A stretch of DNA of 20,000 bases, from IMG/VR virus record IMGVR_UViG_3300032285_000913. One strand, 5' to 3'. Below, piece after piece: positions 16,140-20,000 of the stretch. The number at the start of each line of letters is the position of its first letter. Position 1 is the first letter of the stretch. The notes under the pieces are model-generated. The model was given only the letters and a program-made list of their open reading frames with translations. It ran no database searches and was not told the origin of the DNA. The stretch is from an uncultured virus (IMG/VR IMGVR_UViG_3300032285_000913) (Duplodnaviria; Heunggongvirae; Uroviricota; Caudoviricetes). Position numbers and translations under genes: made by a program.

Positions 16140-16251
16140 CTTCACTATCAACAGGGGCAAACATTCGTTGAGCCGTGCGGTAGGTCTTATAGTCCCATGT
16201 CTTCACAATCTCCCAAATACGCTCCATGCTTGCTTCACGTTCGGCAATCAT
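16129..16251 (-). CDS. Small hypothetical protein (40 aa)
   Basis: MIAEREASMERIWEIVKTWDYKTYRTAQRMFAPVDSEDEE. Confidence 0.45.
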   Translation of the reverse strand: MIAEREASMERIWEIVKTWDYKTYRTAQRMFAPVDSEDEE

Positions 16252-16351
16252 GTTTTCTAACTCTTCGTTCACTGCTGCTCCTTTATTGGCTTAGAAATAT
16301 AATAAGCACCACAATCGATGCAATAATCACAAATGAAATGGTGTTCACATT

Positions 16352-16477
16352 TTACTTTCTTGGGCATTGTTTGTGTCCTATCTTCTTGTAGTAAGACTTC
16401 CATTGCTTACCACAGCCTTTACACTCATAGATGTTGTAAAACTCATCTGTAAGTCTAATTTTGTAAAGTTCAGGCAT
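16352..16477 (-). CDS. Small Zn-finger-like protein (41 aa)
   Basis: MPELYK...YECKGCGKQW......HKQC; coupled to the upstream stop. Confidence 0.55.
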   Translation of the reverse strand: MPELYKIRLTDEFYNIYECKGCGKQWKSYYKKIGHKQCPRK

Positions 16478-16721
16478 CTTCGCACTCGCAATCTTCATAG
16501 AGTTTGCCACACTCTTCGCAACACTCGCACTCATCTTCTGGGTGGTCGCAAGTTTCGCAGTGGTCATACTCATCAACAACAATCTCTTCTACGCTGTCGT
16601 AGGTAATCGGTGCGTCATCACCATAGTAGGAATGCCACGCCATTTGCTCTGCTTCTTCTTCGCTGTTAGCGTAGATGTCGCCTTCGTAGTTTACCTGAAC
16701 CTTTACATTGTATTTACGCAT
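16470..16721 (-). CDS. DpnD/PcfM-like small acidic protein with Cys-rich tail
   Basis: KY.V.V.......IYANSEEEA..MA, then CETC..CECCEECG...CEC; AGAGAAAGAGA RBS. Confidence 0.7.
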   Translation of the reverse strand: MRKYNVKVQVNYEGDIYANSEEEAEQMAWHSYYGDDAPITYDSVEEIVVDEYDHCETCDHPEDECECCEECGKLYEDCECEDA

Positions 16722-16735
16722 TGCTTCTCTTTCTC

Positions 16736-17161
16736 TTAGGCTACTAGTATACCAGCAACCAGCGACATTTTGTCCTGTGGGTATCCCTTAGCATACTGTT
16801 GCCAGACGTAAAGGTTAGTTTCTAGGCGGTCTCCAAATACCCGAATGTGGTCAGCAAGGTCAGTAGTTTCATCACTGATTAGGGTTCGCAACTCGTCAGC
16901 GGTAACGTCAATGTAGCCACCGCTACCATTCTTACCCCAATAGTTGATAGGAATGCCACCATCTTTATCTGCGAACCAGCCAACACCTTCATCAAGAACA
17001 GTAGCCAAACCATTCTTGCCATTTACGACAGCCATACGTTCTGCCTTTATGTCTGCTTGTGGGTTCTCAAAGCGGTTTCTAATAAACTCGGTAGCCTTCT
17101 CAACGTCAATGACGTGAACGATAGTGCCAAAGGTTCTGGATGAATAGCGGTCTTGGGACAT
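16736..17161 (-). CDS. Hypothetical protein
   Basis: 141 aa; AGAGAAAGAGA RBS; its 3' end contains an ATGTC-box promoter (16746-16774). Confidence 0.75.
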   Translation of the reverse strand: MSQDRYSSRTFGTIVHVIDVEKATEFIRNRFENPQADIKAERMAVVNGKNGLATVLDEGVGWFADKDGGIPINYWGKNGSGGYIDVTADELRTLISDETTDLADHIRVFGDRLETNLYVWQQYAKGYPQDKMSLVAGILVA

Positions 17162-17192
17162 AGGGTTCTCTTTCTCTTGGGTTATAGTATCT

Positions 17193-17221
17193 ATTATACA
17201 GGATACCTACGACATTGTAAA
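17193..17221 (-). promoter_or_regulatory. ATGTC-box promoter
   Basis: TTTACA-ATGTCGTAGGTATCCTG-TATAAT. Confidence 0.8.
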
Positions 17222-17250
17222 TAGGCAGTTTTGAAAATCTGCGCAGAAAT

Positions 17251-17290
17251 CCCACCCCCATATTCCGTTTCTGGAATACAGGGGCAGGGG
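17251..17290 (-). terminator. Terminator-like hairpin
   Basis: GC-rich stem with inner TATTCC/GGAATA, downstream of the DUF932 stop, followed by ATTTC. Confidence 0.55.
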
Positions 17291-17299
17291 TTGAATGGC

Positions 17300-18316
17300 T
17301 TACGCCATTACAACCGACTGAACCACCTTCATCAAGCGGTTCTTCTCTGCGTTGATTACAGGGTCAAAACCAGAAGCCGAAGCGTAAATGCTTTCGTTGC
17401 TTCCACCACGAGCAGACCTGTGCCAGTCTAGGCGTTCGGTCAATGCGTTGTAAGCACCCCAAGCAGTGCCAGCAATGGTGTCGTTGAACTGTCCAATGTA
17501 GATTGCGTTTAGCAGGTCAATCTTGCTGTCGTATTTCTTGAATGAACCCTTAGCGTCTTTTTCAGGGGCAGGGTAAGCAAGAGCAACAATCTGGTCAAAC
17601 TGTGCCTTAGTGATTTCCTTTTCAATCATAGCGTTAGCCATAGAAGAAAACTCGTCAATGTAAGTCTTAGCAAGACCTAGTGCTTCACGAGCAACTGCGA
17701 TTTTACCTTCGGCAGTTGAAGTGTGGCGGATTTTGAAAGTCTGCTTCGCTGCTTTCTTACCCTTGAATGAAGATAGAGCAAGGTTGAGAGTGTTAGCACA
17801 GACTACACGAACAGGCGTAATGCTTGCCTGAATAGCGATAGAACCGTCGTGGCTAGTGTTGATAAGAAGGTAGTTGTCAATCTTGTCAGCACGACCATTA
17901 GGGTCTAGGGTAATGCTGTCAGCAAGAGCGATAGAGCCGAATACTTGACGACCACCCTTGATTGAGCCAGCAGTTTCCCAACGACCACCACCGTCTAGCA
18001 AGTTGTCGCCAAACGAAAATAGGTCTTCGTTTTGTAGTGGAACATAACGCTCACCAACAACACCGAGAACATCATTCTTGGTAGTGTCAAAAGGGTTAGT
18101 GCGAGTAACGAATGAGTAAGCCTTGTCGCTCTCAAAGGTTTCAGGAATGGTTACATCTTCAAGACGAACATTCCAGTTGTCAAGGTGAGCAAGTTTTAGC
18201 ATCTCTGCTGTATTGACTTGCTCTTCAAACACAGTGCCTAGATTGTGCCACGCTGGTTGGCGTAGTGAAGCAAATGCGGCTTCGCCATTAGCACCGATTT
18301 CGATTTCGTGAGCCAT
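17300..18316 (-). CDS. DUF932 family protein (phage/plasmid-like, TIGR03299-type)
   Basis: PAWH.LG, LGVVG.RY.P.QN, ETAGS..GG, YLL..SHDGS, TPVRVVCANTL, HT, GTAWGAYNA.TE..D. Confidence 0.9.
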   Translation of the reverse strand: MAHEIEIGANGEAAFASLRQPAWHNLGTVFEEQVNTAEMLKLAHLDNWNVRLEDVTIPETFESDKAYSFVTRTNPFDTTKNDVLGVVGERYVPLQNEDLFSFGDNLLDGGGRWETAGSIKGGRQVFGSIALADSITLDPNGRADKIDNYLLINTSHDGSIAIQASITPVRVVCANTLNLALSSFKGKKAAKQTFKIRHTSTAEGKIAVAREALGLAKTYIDEFSSMANAMIEKEITKAQFDQIVALAYPAPEKDAKGSFKKYDSKIDLLNAIYIGQFNDTIAGTAWGAYNALTERLDWHRSARGGSNESIYASASGFDPVINAEKNRLMKVVQSVVMA

Positions 18317-18357
18317 TTGTATCTCTTTCTCTTAGTGATTTATTTGTTGATAATACC

Positions 18358-18386
18358 ATTATAAGGCATACCACCGACATTGTCAA
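18358..18386 (-). promoter_or_regulatory. ATGTC-box promoter with perfect -35/-10
   Basis: TTGACA-ATGTCGGTGGTATGCCT-TATAAT. Confidence 0.88.
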
Positions 18387-18471
18387 TACCATTTAGCATT
18401 ATTTCTGGAAATATTTTTAGTCTTCGTAAACTGGGGCAGGTGGTGGGGGGCGCAGAAAAAACTGCGCAGCG

Positions 18472-18520
18472 AAAAAATCCCCCTGCTAACCAGCATCTAT
18501 CCAGACACTTCACAGGGGGA
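18472..18520 (-). terminator. Rho-independent terminator with long loop
   Basis: TCCCCCTG...CAGGGGGA followed by TTTTTT on the minus strand. Confidence 0.6.
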
Positions 18521-18580
18521 CTTCATCTGGTAGCCATAGTTTTTACCCTTCCCATTGCCACACCAGCCCAATGGTTTTGG

Positions 18581-18607
18581 AAGCCTTTTAGACACTTGCT
18601 TAGGTGT
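18581..18607 (-). ncRNA. Pseudoknot repeat, copy A
   Basis: ACAC-CTAAGCAA-GTGT-CTAAAAG-GCTT; compensatory AAGC/GCTT second stem. Confidence 0.6.
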
Positions 18608-18614
18608 TTGCGTT

Positions 18615-19067
18615 TTACAGCAGTTCTAGAACGCTGTTGTAAGCAGACGAAGTAATCGTCTCCTGCTCACTCATTTTGAGCAAACGCAGGGTCTTCTCCA
18701 ACTCTGCCTTTTTAGAACCATACTGCTGTCCGTAGTAGCCCTTTGGCTCTGGGTCTTGTGGCTCGGTTGGCTTTTCCAAACCAGCAACCAAGTCCTTACC
18801 AATGGTAAGTTCCAAAGCGTTGCGGTAGTTAGTGCTAACGCCAACCTTGTTGTCTTGGTCTTCGCTAGATAGCAACTCAGCACCACGCTTGGTTAGCAGG
18901 TCAGCAACAACAGCAACAACCTTTTCGGTGTATGCCTGTCGGTCTGCTACATACTGAGCCTTGCGAGCAGGGTAGGTAGCAATGTCTTCGTTGATTTGAG
19001 CAATCTTCTGCTCAATCATCTCAATGACTTTGTGGGTTGGGATTTTTACTGAAATGGCTCTTGCCAC
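18615..19067 (-). CDS. Hypothetical coiled-coil phage protein
   Basis: GTG start with AAGGAG RBS; 150 aa. Confidence 0.8.
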   Translation of the reverse strand: MARAISVKIPTHKVIEMIEQKIAQINEDIATYPARKAQYVADRQAYTEKVVAVVADLLTKRGAELLSSEDQDNKVGVSTNYRNALELTIGKDLVAGLEKPTEPQDPEPKGYYGQQYGSKKAELEKTLRLLKMSEQETITSSAYNSVLELL

Positions 19068-19108
19068 TTTATCTCCTTATTTGTTAGGGGTTATTTGTTG
19101 ATGTATTC

Positions 19109-19137
19109 ATTATACCTGATACCACAGACATTTATAC
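19109..19137 (-). promoter_or_regulatory. ATGTC-box promoter
   Basis: GTATAA-ATGTCTGTGGTATCAGG-TATAAT. Confidence 0.72.
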
Positions 19138-19154
19138 ACTTCGTGGTTGTGGTG

Positions 19155-19189
19155 TGAGCAGTTATTTTTGCCAGACATACTCAGGTCTG
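19155..19189 (-). ncRNA. Pseudoknot repeat, copy B
   Basis: CAGAC-CTGAGTAT-GTCTG-GCAAAAATAAC-TGCTCA. Confidence 0.65.
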
Positions 19190-19204
19190 CCCGATAAATC
19201 GGAC

Positions 19205-19366
19205 TTAGTTTAGGACAGTTCCCTGAGCCGAAGTCCAGTGTGGCTTTCCGTCAATGTCCAAACGAACACGGAATGAGCCGTTCTTGTTCTGTGCGATTTC
19301 CTGAACGATACCAACAAACTTGTTAGTCTTGGTCTCGTAGCGGTCGCCTACCTTGATTTCTGGCAT
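19205..19366 (-). CDS. Small SH3/KOW-like beta-barrel protein (53 aa, not in ORF track)
   Basis: MPEIKVGDRYETKTNKFVGIVQEIAQNKNGSFRVRLDIDGKPHWTSAQGTVLN; GAGAAAAGAG RBS; TTGACT-N17-TATAAT promoter (19430-19458). Confidence 0.72.
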   Translation of the reverse strand: MPEIKVGDRYETKTNKFVGIVQEIAQNKNGSFRVRLDIDGKPHWTSAQGTVLN

Positions 19367-19521
19367 TTGTTACTCTTTTCTCCCGAAGGGCTTGTATTGC
19401 TTGTAATACCAACTTTTGTTGATACTTCTATTATAAGGCATAAGCAGGGGAAAGTCAAGCCTTTTCGTAAACATTTTTAGTTTTTATTTTTAGATGTCTT
19501 GCTTCTCTTGCTTATGTATCC

Positions 19522-19550
19522 ATTATACAGGTAGCCACAGACATTGTAAA
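19522..19550 (-). promoter_or_regulatory. ATGTC-box promoter
   Basis: TTTACA-ATGTCTGTGGCTACCTG-TATAAT. Confidence 0.78.
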
Positions 19551-19619
19551 TAGTTTCAGGGGTTTCGTAACACAATCGTAACATAGGGCAGCCTGGATTT
19601 TTTTGCCCAAAAAAATGGG

Positions 19620-19838
19620 TGAGCAGTTTCAGACTTACTCAGGTCTCCGCCAATGTCATTTTTGAGCAACTCAGTATTGAACTTACAAGGCTAGGCTTAG
19701 GGGAGCAGTTTTACCAACTTGCTCAGGTTGTTTGCTTCATCAATAAGCCCTAATGCTTTTACAAGCAAAAATAAAAACATTAGAGAAAGGTTTCCATACC
19801 ACCTATAAGTTAGAGCCTTTTTAGGACTTGCTCAGGTC
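19620..19838 (-). ncRNA. Array of three pseudoknot repeats (C 19620-19646, D 19703-19730, E 19813-19838) with unique spacers
   Basis: AGAC-CTGAGTAA-GTCT-GAAAC-TGCTCA; CAAC-CTGAGCAA-GTTG-GTAAAAC-TGCTC; GAC-CTGAGCAA-GTC-CTAAAAAG-GCTC. Confidence 0.68.
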
Positions 19839-19863
19839 GCTCGGTAGAGAAAGAAAGGGAACT

Positions 19864-20000
19864 CTACCGAACTCTCCAATCTTCTACATCGTGGTCTACT
19901 TCAAGAACATCAGCACCATCAAAGTCGGTGTAGAACTCAACACGCTCAACATAGGTGCTGTCTGCCACTTCATCAGGGTCAGCACCATAAGGCACTTCGA
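19864..20000 (-). CDS. Hypothetical acidic protein (5' partial)
   Basis: Open frame ...EVPYGADPDEVADSTYVERVEFYTDFDGADVLEVDHDVEDWRVR-stop. Confidence 0.65.
   Translation of the reverse strand, partial: EVPYGADPDEVADSTYVERVEFYTDFDGADVLEVDHDVEDWRVR

Noticed and set aside
13644..18886. Plus-strand or off-frame ORFs in the right arm (13644-14012, 14245-14586, 14339-14539, 16045-16260, 16197-16391, 16367-16606, 16542-16739, 17231-17431, 18380-18655, 18671-18886)
   Set aside because: They oppose or overlap the coherent minus-strand operons, and all promoters and RBSs there point to the minus strand.
19620..19646. Hammerhead ribozyme (CUGAG...GAAAC seen in copy C)
   Set aside because: Lacks the CUGANGA core and three-way junction; GAAAC is not conserved in the other copies, which fit a pseudoknot better.
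19620..19838. CRISPR array interpretation of the three repeats with unique spacers
   Set aside because: Repeats differ in sequence and length and conserve structure instead; spacers are irregular (56 and 82 nt); no cas genes are in the window.

Overview
Part of a large, AT-rich tailed bacteriophage genome, most likely infecting Actinobacteria. Host evidence: WhiB, an actinobacterial-type PduO, a DUF2637-like protein, many leaderless TATAAT-N6/7-ATG starts, and AGAAAG-type Shine-Dalgarno sites. The left arm (1-12.5 kb, mostly + strand) carries auxiliary, nucleotide-metabolism and host-interaction genes: GT4 and GT2/GT7 glycosyltransferases, Zn deaminase, WhiB, holin-like protein, Dps, a HiPIP-like Fe-S protein, DUF1599, GroES, ThyX, SAM methyltransferase, tRNA-Arg(UCU), HAD phosphatase, pyrimidine-dimer glycosylase and cobalamin adenosyltransferase. 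A ~700 bp non-coding convergence zone (12484-13185) holds four phased DnaA boxes, an AT-rich tract and iteron-like TCGTAA repeats. The right arm (13.2-20 kb, - strand) looks like an early region of small acidic and Zn-finger proteins plus DUF932. It is built from repeated intergenic cassettes: terminator, CTGCGCAG, TCGTAA box, a sigma70-type promoter with a conserved ATGTC-GG spacer box, and an AGAGAAAGAGA RBS. The most striking unexplained element is a family of five co-varying ~27-35 nt H-type RNA pseudoknot repeats (18581-19838, - strand). Three form a repeat-spacer-like array whose flanking sequences carry anti-RBS segments, and a small SH3-like ORF lies between copies. All product calls come from motif recognition, not database searches.
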